Source: a virus. From it: a stretch of DNA of 64,000 nucleotides. Within the stretch, counting starts at the first letter, position 1. Every line of letters starts with the position of its first letter. The translations under genes were made by a program, and so were the position numbers. This document shows positions 43,882 to 52,484 of the stretch, one piece after another. The notes beneath the pieces are model-generated. The model was not told the DNA's origin. It was given only the letters and a program-made list of their open reading frames with translations, and made no database searches. Location: IMG/VR virus record IMGVR_UViG_3300009296_000199. The stretch is one strand, 5' to 3'.

Positions 43882-46290
43882 CTACTGAGCGTCGGCGTTG
43901 AGTATCATTCCACCGGTGGCGCATGCGATATTTTTCTCAACGTATAGATCACCCGGCTTGAGCGCGTAGTTCGCAACCAATAGCTCGTATTCCTTCCTCG
44001 CCCCGCCGAGTTGGTGCGAGCCGGTGTGCAGCGTTTTGATCCGGTAGGTCTTGAAGCCCTTGAAGAGCTTGGCCTTCTCGAGCTCGTAGCTCAGGAGGAA
44101 CTGACCCTTGATGCTCTTGAGGACCGGCATCATGTCCTCTTCTTTGAAGAACTTCGCCCCGAACTTTCCCTTCTCTTTTGGCCAGTGCAGCGGGTAGGGC
44201 GGGTCAAGGTAAAAGAACGCGTTGGGTCCGTCGTACTCCTTGACCACGTCCTTCCAGTCCCAGGAGTGAAGCTTGACCCCTTGGAGCCGCTCCTGGATTT
44301 TGGGCAGCTTATCGACCAATCGAATGTGGGCTCCGATACCGGTCGAGCCGTTAGGCCGCATACCTTCCCACACGTCCGTCCGGCCCCAATACTGGGCCTT
44401 GTTCAGGTAGGCGAAGCGATAGAACCGCTCGCGGAATGTCCGAGGCTTTAGCTCGAAGAGCTTCTTGGCCTGGGGTCGGGTGATGATCCAGTTTTGTTTC
44501 TTGAGCCAATCCAAATCCTCGGGCGTCATGCCCTTGATGAAACGGTAGGCCCAGATCAGGTCCGCGTTGACATCGTTGATCGCCTCAAGATCCGAGCGTT
44601 TCTTGTGGAAAAGCACCTGCGCCCCGCCGGCGAATCCCTCGATATAGCTCTTGTGCTCCGGCATGAGGCGGACGATTTTTTTGCACATGCGATACTTGCC
44701 GCCGGGGCTCTTGAAGGCACCCTGGACCTTCTCGACCTCGTCATCGTCGAGATGATTGAACAGCGGCCGGGCCTCGGCCTCCAGCCCCTCCGGTTCGGCC
44801 TCGAGTTCTTTCTCGATGTAGAGGTGGAGCGGCTTGAGCGGAAACTTTGAAACGAGGAGCTCTGTGATCCACTCCTGGTTACCGCCCGCTCCCTTCATCT
44901 GATTGCGCCGCTTGACCTTGTAGACGTTCCAGCTCTTCATGGCCCCTGCCATCTCCTTAGGGTAGGACACGATCCAGTTGGCCTTGAGGCCCTTGATCGC
45001 TTTCAGGAAATCCTCGTGCTTGAATCCGAAGTCGAAGAGGTTGAATTTGCCGGGATACGGCGGGTCCATGTAGAAGAACGTCTCGGGGCCGTCGTGCTCT
45101 TTGAGGACGTCGAGGTAGTCCTTATTGCTGACCGCGACGTTCTTGAGCCGCGCCTGCGCCCGCTCGATGTTGGCCGGGAAATCGATGCGGACCCCGGCGT
45201 TGGCGGGGTTGAACGAGCCGCCGCGCATCTTGCCGTAAGATGAGCGGGTCAGATAGAAGGATTTGTAGAAGCGGTCCCGATCACTCTCGGGCTTGAGCTC
45301 CTTGAGCCGCTCGTGGGTCTCCTTGCGGATCGTCCACTCGCGCTTGGCCAGGGCGGCCCGGTCTTCCGGGGAGTGGTCCCGGATGAAGCGGTGCATGAAG
45401 GCAATCTCCGGATCGCGGTCGTTGAGAGCCTCCTGTGGCGAGGGGTCCTTGGCGTAGAGAACGGCTGCCCCGCCCGCGAAGGGCTCAACGTAGAGTTTGT
45501 GGTAGGGGATGTATGAGACGATCTTGTGCGCCAGTGCCCGCTTGCCGCCGTAGGAGCCGAACGCCGCGCGCACACCCTTGAGCAATTCCTCTGCGGCGTC
45601 GCCCTCGTACAGGGCTCCGGCCGTCCGGGCGGCCTTGGCCGCCTCACCCACCGTCATAGGTTTGCCGCGGCCGGCGACGCTGGAAATCCTTGATGCCGAG
45701 ACGGAGATCGCCGTCGTCCCATCCGCCCGCTTGGAGAGGGCCATACCGTCGCACTCGACTTCGACGATGTCGCCCGCGTCCGACTTGGCCTCGGACGATT
45801 CGACCAGGCCTGCCTCCAGGAATAATCTTCCCTGGACAGAACGGACCAGTTCCGTCGCCTTCATGTTCTGGAAGTCCAGGCCGAAGTAGATATCGGCGGT
45901 GTCTGGAACTCGGCCCTCGTCGACCCGGGTGACCACGGCGCGGATAACGAAAGCTGGGGGGCGGTCGAAGGCGGCCAGCGGGTCCTCGGGCTCGCCGTCC
46001 GTGACCGAGCGGAGCAGCGGCTGGGTCTGCGCCTCCAACTCGTCATTGATCGCGTGATGGAAGGCGCGGCTGCTCAACTCGCGGCGCGCGGCCGCGTGAA
46101 GCTCCAGAAGCTCCGGGTAGTCCCAGTCCTTGCCGTTCTCGAACACTTTGTGCCCGGAGCGCTTCATCTCCCAGGCGCGGTGCAGGATGAAGTCCAGGGA
46201 CAGAAGCTCCTGATCGGAAAGTTTCGCGGGGTCCGACCGGAACAGGCTTCCAAAGTCGGCCAGGTTGATCTTTACGGTTTCCATGGTCAT
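43882..46290 (-). CDS. head-operon protein with two tandem D12-class adenine methyltransferase domains
   Basis: Start ATG 46290 (GAGGAG RBS, ATGA overlap with the portal stop). Domain 1 SYGGK/YVEPFAGG/YMDPPY; domain 2 SPGGK/YIEGFAGG/YLDPPY; about 235-aa non-methylase N-terminus. Confidence 0.9.
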   Translation of the reverse strand: MTMETVKINLADFGSLFRSDPAKLSDQELLSLDFILHRAWEMKRSGHKVFENGKDWDYPELLELHAAARRELSSRAFHHAINDELEAQTQPLLRSVTDGEPEDPLAAFDRPPAFVIRAVVTRVDEGRVPDTADIYFGLDFQNMKATELVRSVQGRLFLEAGLVESSEAKSDAGDIVEVECDGMALSKRADGTTAISVSASRISSVAGRGKPMTVGEAAKAARTAGALYEGDAAEELLKGVRAAFGSYGGKRALAHKIVSYIPYHKLYVEPFAGGAAVLYAKDPSPQEALNDRDPEIAFMHRFIRDHSPEDRAALAKREWTIRKETHERLKELKPESDRDRFYKSFYLTRSSYGKMRGGSFNPANAGVRIDFPANIERAQARLKNVAVSNKDYLDVLKEHDGPETFFYMDPPYPGKFNLFDFGFKHEDFLKAIKGLKANWIVSYPKEMAGAMKSWNVYKVKRRNQMKGAGGNQEWITELLVSKFPLKPLHLYIEKELEAEPEGLEAEARPLFNHLDDDEVEKVQGAFKSPGGKYRMCKKIVRLMPEHKSYIEGFAGGAQVLFHKKRSDLEAINDVNADLIWAYRFIKGMTPEDLDWLKKQNWIITRPQAKKLFELKPRTFRERFYRFAYLNKAQYWGRTDVWEGMRPNGSTGIGAHIRLVDKLPKIQERLQGVKLHSWDWKDVVKEYDGPNAFFYLDPPYPLHWPKEKGKFGAKFFKEEDMMPVLKSIKGQFLLSYELEKAKLFKGFKTYRIKTLHTGSHQLGGARKEYELLVANYALKPGDLYVEKNIACATGGMILNADAQ

Positions 46291-48278
46291 CTCTCCTCGA
46301 GGACGGTAACCCACGTACATCTGCAATTTGGATGGATTGGAATCGTCCCCGACACATCGTCGATGGACATGATACGGCCCAGCTTCTCCCCGGGCATGAT
46401 CTCGGCTGCATCCACGCAGAGAGGACAAGCGTCCGATGCCAGCAAAAATTGGACACGATCTACATCGGCTTGCTTCAACGCATCCAGGTTGCCCTCGTTG
46501 TAGGCGCGGTTGGCTTCGGTGCGGGCGATCATCTCGGACAAGGTCGATCGGTCGAGCCGACGGGTTCCGCCGACGCGCAGCACGTTGCCCGCATCGTCCA
46601 AGACCGGCTTCACTGTGAATGTTCCTGGCGAGTCCAACTGCTCCTCGATTCGGCGCATGAGCTGGGGGATTGTCTCATTGGCGGCCACGCCATCGATCAG
46701 GGCCTGACGGAGCCCCGCCTTGAGGGACTCCGAGACATTGGTAGCCACGGACAGAGCGTTGCTTCGAATCTTCTCCTGGAGTGCCAAGCTCGGCTCATCT
46801 ACGTCCTTGAGCCCGTTGCGACGGGCCGAGAGCGCCAGGCCCTTGCGTGCGGACTCCAGCGTGAATCCCTGCACGACCCTGGCGATCTTGTCCTTGTCGA
46901 TGAGTTCGAGCAGGACCTCCAGGTCATCGAGCTGCTTTGTGGCCTCGCCGCCCAGGGCGGGGAGCCCGGCGGCCATCGCGGCTTTGATCTCGCGGAAGAG
47001 CCGTTCCATGGCCCGCGCGAAACGTTCCTCGATCTCCACGGCCTCGCGGCTTGAAGCCACGATGGCCTTAGAGAGGGCCATGCCCTTTTGGAGTTCCGGC
47101 ATCCTGGGAGCCACCATCCGGCGCACCTCCTCGGCTGTGAACACGCCGTTCTGGAGGTAGACGTTGAATATCTCCGCCTGGTCCTTCTCATCGATAGCCC
47201 GCTTGTTAAACTGGAAGGACCAATCTGAGATCCCGAAACCTTTCCGGATCACATGCTTGTTGATCTTCTCGGCCACCCGCATCTGGAAGGGGAGGATGGT
47301 CTCATCGTAAAAGGTCTGTGTCTGGTGCTCCCCGGTGCCCGACCCGATGTTGCCTGTGTCGATGATCGAGACTTTGCTGGGCGGCACACCATAGACGGCC
47401 AGAATCTCATTGCGGGTGAACGATCTAAGTTCCAGGAACTCCATGTCCTTCTGGTTGACGCCGATCTGCTTAAAATCAATGTCGCCCTCCATGACCAGGT
47501 CCGAGTGAGCTGTATCTGGATTCTTGGCGCGGGCGGCCATGTACTCTCGGTTGCGCTCCACCTGCTCAGGGGTGGCGTCCTTCATGATGAACGCGCCGCG
47601 GATTTTGGCGCCATTTAAAAAGAACGATCTGTTATATACCTGTGCGAACTTGTCCACGGTGATCGGCAGGATGAGCGAAGCCAGCGGGGAAAGGCCGTAG
47701 AGGGTAGCCCCCTTGGTTCCCAGCTTGAAGTGGATCACTTCCCTGGGTTCGAATTCGACCCTTCCCGTCTGGTTCCGCGTCGTAGCAAAGCGCGGGACCT
47801 GGACGTAACCCGTAATCCCGCCGTGCTCGTCCGCCTTGACCCGTATCGTAGTTGCGTCGAGGTTCCACAACTCGCGCGGCTTGCCGTCCGGGCCGGGGAC
47901 CAGTTCTAGGAAGGCGTTACCGAAGACGTAGACATCCCGCGCCAGGTCGTCGAGTATCTCCAGCAGGGTGTCGTTGGGATTGCAGTTGCCGAAGAACTCC
48001 TGGAGGAGCTCGGCGTTCTTGGGGTCCGCGTCAGGCTTGGCGGGGACCAAGCTGTAACCCCTGGCCGTGACCGCCTTGCAGATGACGCTCACCACGGCCC
48101 GGACCCAGGAGGTCTGCTCGTACATCTGATTGAAAATCTCAAAATCGATATCCGGCAGGATGCCCTCGTCAAACGAGATGCCCGCCGCGTGGGAGACCAC
48201 CTGCTTGGAGGATTTCTCAATCTCCTCGCGGATCACGCTTCCAAACAAGGTTTTGACGATCAACTCTTTTATTCCCAT
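46287..48278 (-). CDS. portal protein fused to MuF (phage Mu F-like) domain
   Basis: Portal motifs (YVFGNAF, EVIHFK, YGLSPLAS, EILAVYGVPP), then IARTEANRAYN..CPLC..PIHPNCRC. Confidence 0.9.
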   Translation of the reverse strand: MGIKELIVKTLFGSVIREEIEKSSKQVVSHAAGISFDEGILPDIDFEIFNQMYEQTSWVRAVVSVICKAVTARGYSLVPAKPDADPKNAELLQEFFGNCNPNDTLLEILDDLARDVYVFGNAFLELVPGPDGKPRELWNLDATTIRVKADEHGGITGYVQVPRFATTRNQTGRVEFEPREVIHFKLGTKGATLYGLSPLASLILPITVDKFAQVYNRSFFLNGAKIRGAFIMKDATPEQVERNREYMAARAKNPDTAHSDLVMEGDIDFKQIGVNQKDMEFLELRSFTRNEILAVYGVPPSKVSIIDTGNIGSGTGEHQTQTFYDETILPFQMRVAEKINKHVIRKGFGISDWSFQFNKRAIDEKDQAEIFNVYLQNGVFTAEEVRRMVAPRMPELQKGMALSKAIVASSREAVEIEERFARAMERLFREIKAAMAAGLPALGGEATKQLDDLEVLLELIDKDKIARVVQGFTLESARKGLALSARRNGLKDVDEPSLALQEKIRSNALSVATNVSESLKAGLRQALIDGVAANETIPQLMRRIEEQLDSPGTFTVKPVLDDAGNVLRVGGTRRLDRSTLSEMIARTEANRAYNEGNLDALKQADVDRVQFLLASDACPLCVDAAEIMPGEKLGRIMSIDDVSGTIPIHPNCRCTWVTVLEER

Positions 48279-48282
48279 GGTT

Positions 48283-48495
48283 TCACCCTACGCATAGTCC
48301 CTCAGCTTCTTCAGGCAAAATTCCACCCGGCGCTTCGTAGCGCGCCCGCAGCTCGGCGAACGTCTCCGGGAAGGCGGCCTTGAGCTTCGCTATGTTGTCG
48401 TTGTCGGCCCCACGCATGGCGGCCATGAGGACTGCATAAAACGGATGGTCCTCCGCCCAAATCTTCTTCGAGAGCTTGTAGTCGTAGAGGCTCAT
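48283..48495 (-). CDS. hypothetical protein
   Basis: 70 aa between terL and portal; PFYAVLMAAMRGAD..FPE..ELRARY. Confidence 0.65.
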   Translation of the reverse strand: MSLYDYKLSKKIWAEDHPFYAVLMAAMRGADNDNIAKLKAAFPETFAELRARYEAPGGILPEEAEGLCVG

Positions 48496-48680
48496 GGCCG
48501 GACTCCATTGCAGTCATCACCGATGCTCGCCAGTTTCTGCACGCAGACGATGAACTGGCCGGAGACTTCAGCCGTGAACTTGAAAGTCTCCATCAACCAT
48601 TTGGCCACATCGTCAGGACTCTGGCCGGCGGCCAGCCTCTCTTCGACTTCGATGGCAACGTCGGCGACCTTACTCATCAA
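48492..48680 (-). CDS. hypothetical protein
   Basis: 62 aa, GAGGAGG RBS, ATGA overlap. Confidence 0.55.
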   Translation of the reverse strand: MMSKVADVAIEVEERLAAGQSPDDVAKWLMETFKFTAEVSGQFIVCVQKLASIGDDCNGVRP

Positions 48681-48686
48681 ACCTCC

Positions 48687-50105
48687 TCATTCGATGTCAT
48701 CCGTGAATGTGATCCTGGGCTCGCTCTTCTGCACCCTCACCGCCCGCAAGGCGAGCACGAGGGCGTCGAGCATGTCGTCGTTGCCGTTGGGGAACTCCGC
48801 CATCTCTTCTTCCAGATGCGAGACCCATGTGGCGAAGTTGAGCCTCGGTAGGCGTATCGCTCCGCTTTGCACCAAGGGAGAGAGCCCGCTGATCCGGGCT
48901 TCCTTGGGATCGTTCACGGAAAGCATCTGAAGCGGCATGCGCCTGGTCTCGGGGTCCACCCGCAGGAGCTGGCCGAACACGCCCTGGTAGCCCGTGGCCT
49001 CCGCGACCATCAGGACCGGATTGAAGACCCGCCAGATGCGCTTGGCGTGGGCGATCTGGTCTACGACCCCGATGTGGCCGCGAAAACCGTCCAGCACGAA
49101 TGCGCAGCCGGTGCGGTCGAGGCCGATCACGATGTAAGCCCAATTAGAAGCGCCTCTTTTCTCGCTGATCGCCAAGTCGATTCCACAATACACCCTCAGG
49201 CTCTCGGGCGGCTTGTCAAAGCGTCCCGACTCGATCCACTCGATCCTGAAGGCAGAGTCCTCCTCCTGGCCGGCGATATCGTTGAGGAACTGCAATCGGT
49301 AGGCCGCCGAACCCATGTTGGCCCTGTACTGGTCCAGGGTCTCCGGCGAGAACTTTTGGGGGAACAATATCTTGCGATTGCCCCGCTCGTCCGTCCACTC
49401 GGCGCGCTGCTCGATGACCTTCCAATTCTTGAACCCCGGCTCGGACATGATCACGCCGGCCAGGTCGTCGCGGTTCCAGCGCGTCATGCAGGTCACGATC
49501 TGCCCGCCCGGCTCCAGGATGGGAAGCACCACCTTTTGGAACCAGGACATGATCTTCTTGCGCTGGAAGGAGGATTTGCTGTTCCTGTCTCCCTGCGGAT
49601 CATCCAGCAGGATCAAGTCGGCGTGGGAGCTGAGGATCGTGCCCAGTATGCCCGCTACGCTAATCGACGGCTCCTTGAGCACCTTGTCCCTGGGGATGAG
49701 AATCTTTTCGGCGGTCCACATCTCGCTGAGGGTGTCCCAGTTGCCGTGGAGTTCGCGGAACTTGTCCGAGGCGATGTGGGCCTTGATGGAGCTGAGGATG
49801 TCCTTGGAGTTTCCCAGGACTTCGTTCAAGATCAGGATGCGCAGGTTCCTGTTCTGGGTGAGCCGCCAGAGCGCGTAGGCCGTGCTGACGGCCGAGGTCT
49901 TCAGATGCCCGCGAGGCGATAGCAGCAGCACGAAGCGGTTTCTCAGAATCTGGTCATACCAGCCCAGATGGAAGTCGCTTATGTCCTTGTAGCCCAGGCC
50001 CTCCCTTGCGAAGGCAAACAGCTCCAAGAGCTTCGCCCGGAGCGTGGCGTCGTCCCAGTGGGGGAAGAGGGCGGAGGGCGGCGTAGCTGAGTTGGGGGCG
50101 TTCAT
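48687..50105 (-). CDS. terL: terminase large subunit
   Basis: SPRGHLKTS (Walker A), ILLDD (Walker B), MTRW, GIDLA, NDDMLDA. Confidence 0.92.
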   Translation of the reverse strand: MNAPNSATPPSALFPHWDDATLRAKLLELFAFAREGLGYKDISDFHLGWYDQILRNRFVLLLSPRGHLKTSAVSTAYALWRLTQNRNLRILILNEVLGNSKDILSSIKAHIASDKFRELHGNWDTLSEMWTAEKILIPRDKVLKEPSISVAGILGTILSSHADLILLDDPQGDRNSKSSFQRKKIMSWFQKVVLPILEPGGQIVTCMTRWNRDDLAGVIMSEPGFKNWKVIEQRAEWTDERGNRKILFPQKFSPETLDQYRANMGSAAYRLQFLNDIAGQEEDSAFRIEWIESGRFDKPPESLRVYCGIDLAISEKRGASNWAYIVIGLDRTGCAFVLDGFRGHIGVVDQIAHAKRIWRVFNPVLMVAEATGYQGVFGQLLRVDPETRRMPLQMLSVNDPKEARISGLSPLVQSGAIRLPRLNFATWVSHLEEEMAEFPNGNDDMLDALVLALRAVRVQKSEPRITFTDDIE

Positions 50106-50243
50106 TGTGACGCAAAAAATCTAGAAGGCTTTCGGAAACGTATCTGACGTAAAATCAGCGAATGGGGAGCTTGCAGGCTTTGGACCCCGATTTTCTCGCT
50201 AATTTTCGGATGGTCCGCCGAGGCCGTTTTCTCGACGGTGGTA

Positions 50244-50272
50244 GCTCCACATAATCCACGATTATGTTGAGC
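50244..50272. other. 29-bp palindrome, dif-like or packaging-site candidate
   Basis: GCTCCACATAA-TCCACGA-TTATGTTGAGC; arms 10/11 complementary. Confidence 0.5.
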
Positions 50273-50295
50273 ACACGGCGCGACGTGTTGCGCCT

Positions 50296-50838
50296 TCACG
50301 CGGCCTCCGTCGGGGCTGCGGCCCCGTCGTCCTGGCCCTCGGCGGGCGTGGCAGGATCGTCGGGATTGGAGCCGCCCAGGTCCTTGGGAGCTTCCGCTTC
50401 CGACGCGGCGACGCTGACCTGTTGGACGCCTACGGTCCGCTCGAAAATCATGCGGGTCTCGTCGGTGACCCGAGTTATCTTCCCCTGGGCGCTGCTCCCT
50501 CCCGAGGGCAGAACGGATTTGATCTTCACCAGGGCTTCCGCCAGCAGAGCAACGCCCTTCGTGTCGGCTTTCGAGGCGAGTTTCGCTATCTGGCGCAAAA
50601 CCTTGTCCACGCCGCCGCCCCACAGCTTGAATATCTTCTCCGCGTCTTTCGCCTTCAACTGGAGCAACACCTGCTCTCGCAGGGCGAGGGGGAGCCTGGC
50701 GCTCTTGGCGCACTGGATGACGGATGTCCTGGGCTTGCCCGTGGCATGGGAGATGGCCGAGGGGCTCTCACCGCTCGCCAGCCGCTGGGCGATATCGAGA
50801 CATTCCTCCTGCGAGTAGATCGGTTTGCGGCCTCTCAT
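50296..50838 (-). CDS. terS: terminase small subunit
   Basis: N-terminal HTH (ASGESPSAISHATGKPRTSV), helical middle, acidic tail; upstream of terL. Confidence 0.7.
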   Translation of the reverse strand: MRGRKPIYSQEECLDIAQRLASGESPSAISHATGKPRTSVIQCAKSARLPLALREQVLLQLKAKDAEKIFKLWGGGVDKVLRQIAKLASKADTKGVALLAEALVKIKSVLPSGGSSAQGKITRVTDETRMIFERTVGVQQVSVAASEAEAPKDLGGSNPDDPATPAEGQDDGAAAPTEAA

Positions 50839-51080
50839 TGTTTAGCCCCGGCTTTCAGATCCTGTGCTCCATCGCCCCCGATTTCATCCCATCCCCGCTT
50901 GAGTTCCTTGCGGACTTGCCGTTGGTAGTTCCTGAAATATCTGCGCCGCCACTTCGGGAAGCACCCGCGGTGCAGCTTCTGGCTGCAATGCCAGGGCCAG
51001 AACCCCTTCTTGCACCACGCGCAAACGCGCCGGTGCGAGGTGCGGCCGGCCCTGCTCAAAGTTTTAGTCCTTGCGCCCAT
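50835..51080 (-). CDS. hypothetical basic protein
   Basis: 81 aa, CAWC..HC..HRGC; ATGA overlap with terS. Confidence 0.45.
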   Translation of the reverse strand: MGARTKTLSRAGRTSHRRVCAWCKKGFWPWHCSQKLHRGCFPKWRRRYFRNYQRQVRKELKRGWDEIGGDGAQDLKAGAKQ

Positions 51081-51084
51081 GGAA

Positions 51085-51110
51085 GTCCATAAACAGTCAC
51101 ACTGTTGACA
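51085..51110. promoter_or_regulatory. 26-bp repeated operator, copy 1
   Basis: GTCCATAAACAGTCACACTGTTGACA; 4 nt from the first ATG of the packaging operon. Confidence 0.7.
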
Positions 51111-51155
51111 GCCTCGCGGCTTCGAATGTCCATGAAGGATTCAAAGCCCCGCGAC

Positions 51156-51989
51156 TCAATGCGCATAGAACCCGGCGGCCTGCATGGCCCGATTCCATGA
51201 GCCGAAGTGCGCCCTGATCGTCTGATAGCACGGGAGTCCACTCGACAGGTGGCCGGTAAAATCCGCGGCCATGGGCATGCGACCGTGCTCCCGGGCGAAT
51301 TTCCTGAGGCTTGCGAGCAGTTGATCGTCCGAGTAGACGGGTGCAGGCAGCCTCGTAGAAAAACCGTTCGCCGTCTTGAAGCAGTTGAAGTTACTCCAGT
51401 GGCGGCGAATGGCTTTATGCAGTCCGGGTTCATGGCGGTGGATGTCATGATTCGAGGGTTCCCTGCCAAGATTGTCCGCGAGAATCAGATACCGCCTCAG
51501 CACCTGCTCCTTGCAGATGGCGTGCTTGTTGAGCCATGCCGCGCTGTTTTTCGCGTACCACGCGGTCTTCACTCGCGATGCTTTTTTGTAAGAGAATTTG
51601 ATAATCCTCTTCAACCACAACCGCTGCTTTTCTCGAAAGACGGGATCGGAAAAGCGCTTCCGGCTCCAATCAGACATTCTCTTTGAGAACGAAATGCCGC
51701 AGAGAGGAAACCCTAAGGGCAATCCGAATCTGAATTTGTAGGCCCTGGATGATATCCCGTGCGCCTGATTGAGGTGGGTGCTCAACAGCTTGAACCACTT
51801 CCCGCAGATATGGCACTGGATCTTGTCCGAGACGGTATCCCGCAGGATTACGCCGAGGTATCCGAATCCGCTTTTCAACTTCTCCAGGGGCGGCTGGACC
51901 TTGAAGAGCGTTTCGATTTTAGCCCCGCATTCCGACTCGATCTGATCTTCAGGCGCGACTTTCGGCACACCTTCCTGCTTCAGGCTCAT
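51156..51989 (-). CDS. MucR/Ros-like zinc finger plus homing-endonuclease-associated-type repeats
   Basis: IQCHICGKWFKLLSTHLNQAHGISSRAYKFRFGL; two repeats ending RRHWSNFN and RAHFGSWNRA. Confidence 0.7.
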   Translation of the reverse strand: MSLKQEGVPKVAPEDQIESECGAKIETLFKVQPPLEKLKSGFGYLGVILRDTVSDKIQCHICGKWFKLLSTHLNQAHGISSRAYKFRFGLPLGFPLCGISFSKRMSDWSRKRFSDPVFREKQRLWLKRIIKFSYKKASRVKTAWYAKNSAAWLNKHAICKEQVLRRYLILADNLGREPSNHDIHRHEPGLHKAIRRHWSNFNCFKTANGFSTRLPAPVYSDDQLLASLRKFAREHGRMPMAADFTGHLSSGLPCYQTIRAHFGSWNRAMQAAGFYAH

Positions 51990-52354
51990 TGTTTGGCCTC
52001 CAATCGAGCAGAGTTGCTCTTCACGTCCAGAACCTCGGAGGTCCCGTCCATGCGGTGAATCCGGTAAACGCCGGCGCGAAGGTGTTCCCAGACCTCGGCT
52101 TGGGGCCAGACCGCGAAAGCCTTGACTCTGCGAACCGCGACCGCGCCCGATGTTACCTGGATGAACCGGACCTCGGCCGGCTGGCGGATCGCCACGATGT
52201 CGAATGCCGCGAACAGATCGCGGGCGCAGAATACGAGGCCGCGTCCCGGCTGCCAGCCGGGCTTGCCGAAGCTCCGCTCCACCAGGTAGCCCTGACCCTT
52301 GAGGAAGTCGGCGACCTTCTTCTCATGCAGATTTCCCTTGCTCCTGTTGCTCAT
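51986..52354 (-). CDS. Holliday-junction-resolvase-like PD-(D/E)XK nuclease
   Basis: SKGNLHEKKVADFL..GYLV..FDIVAI..FIQVT; GGAGG RBS. Confidence 0.75.
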   Translation of the reverse strand: MSNRSKGNLHEKKVADFLKGQGYLVERSFGKPGWQPGRGLVFCARDLFAAFDIVAIRQPAEVRFIQVTSGAVAVRRVKAFAVWPQAEVWEHLRAGVYRIHRMDGTSEVLDVKSNSARLEAKQ

Positions 52355-52366
52355 TTCACCTCCGAG

Positions 52367-52460
52367 TGACGGATGGTGACGGGTTTGCACGAAATCCCCG
52401 TTGTGCGCGCACGCGCGCGCGCGTGACGCTCATTACGTGCAAAAGGGTCACCATCCGTCA
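52367..52460. repeat. inverted repeat around an alternating purine-pyrimidine tract (origin candidate)
   Basis: TGACGGATGGTGAC(52367-52380)/GTCACCATCCGTCA(52447-52460) plus TTTGCAC/GTGCAAA; (CG)n-rich core at 52402-52424. Confidence 0.6.
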
Positions 52461-52484
52461 TCATTTCCAGGAAAGCGATGGATT

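Noticed and set aside
50102-50713. Alternate-frame ORF overlapping terS whose stop overlaps the terL ATG (possible frameshift extension of TerS)
   Set aside because: No slippery sequence identified and the product is low-complexity; the overlap may be chance.
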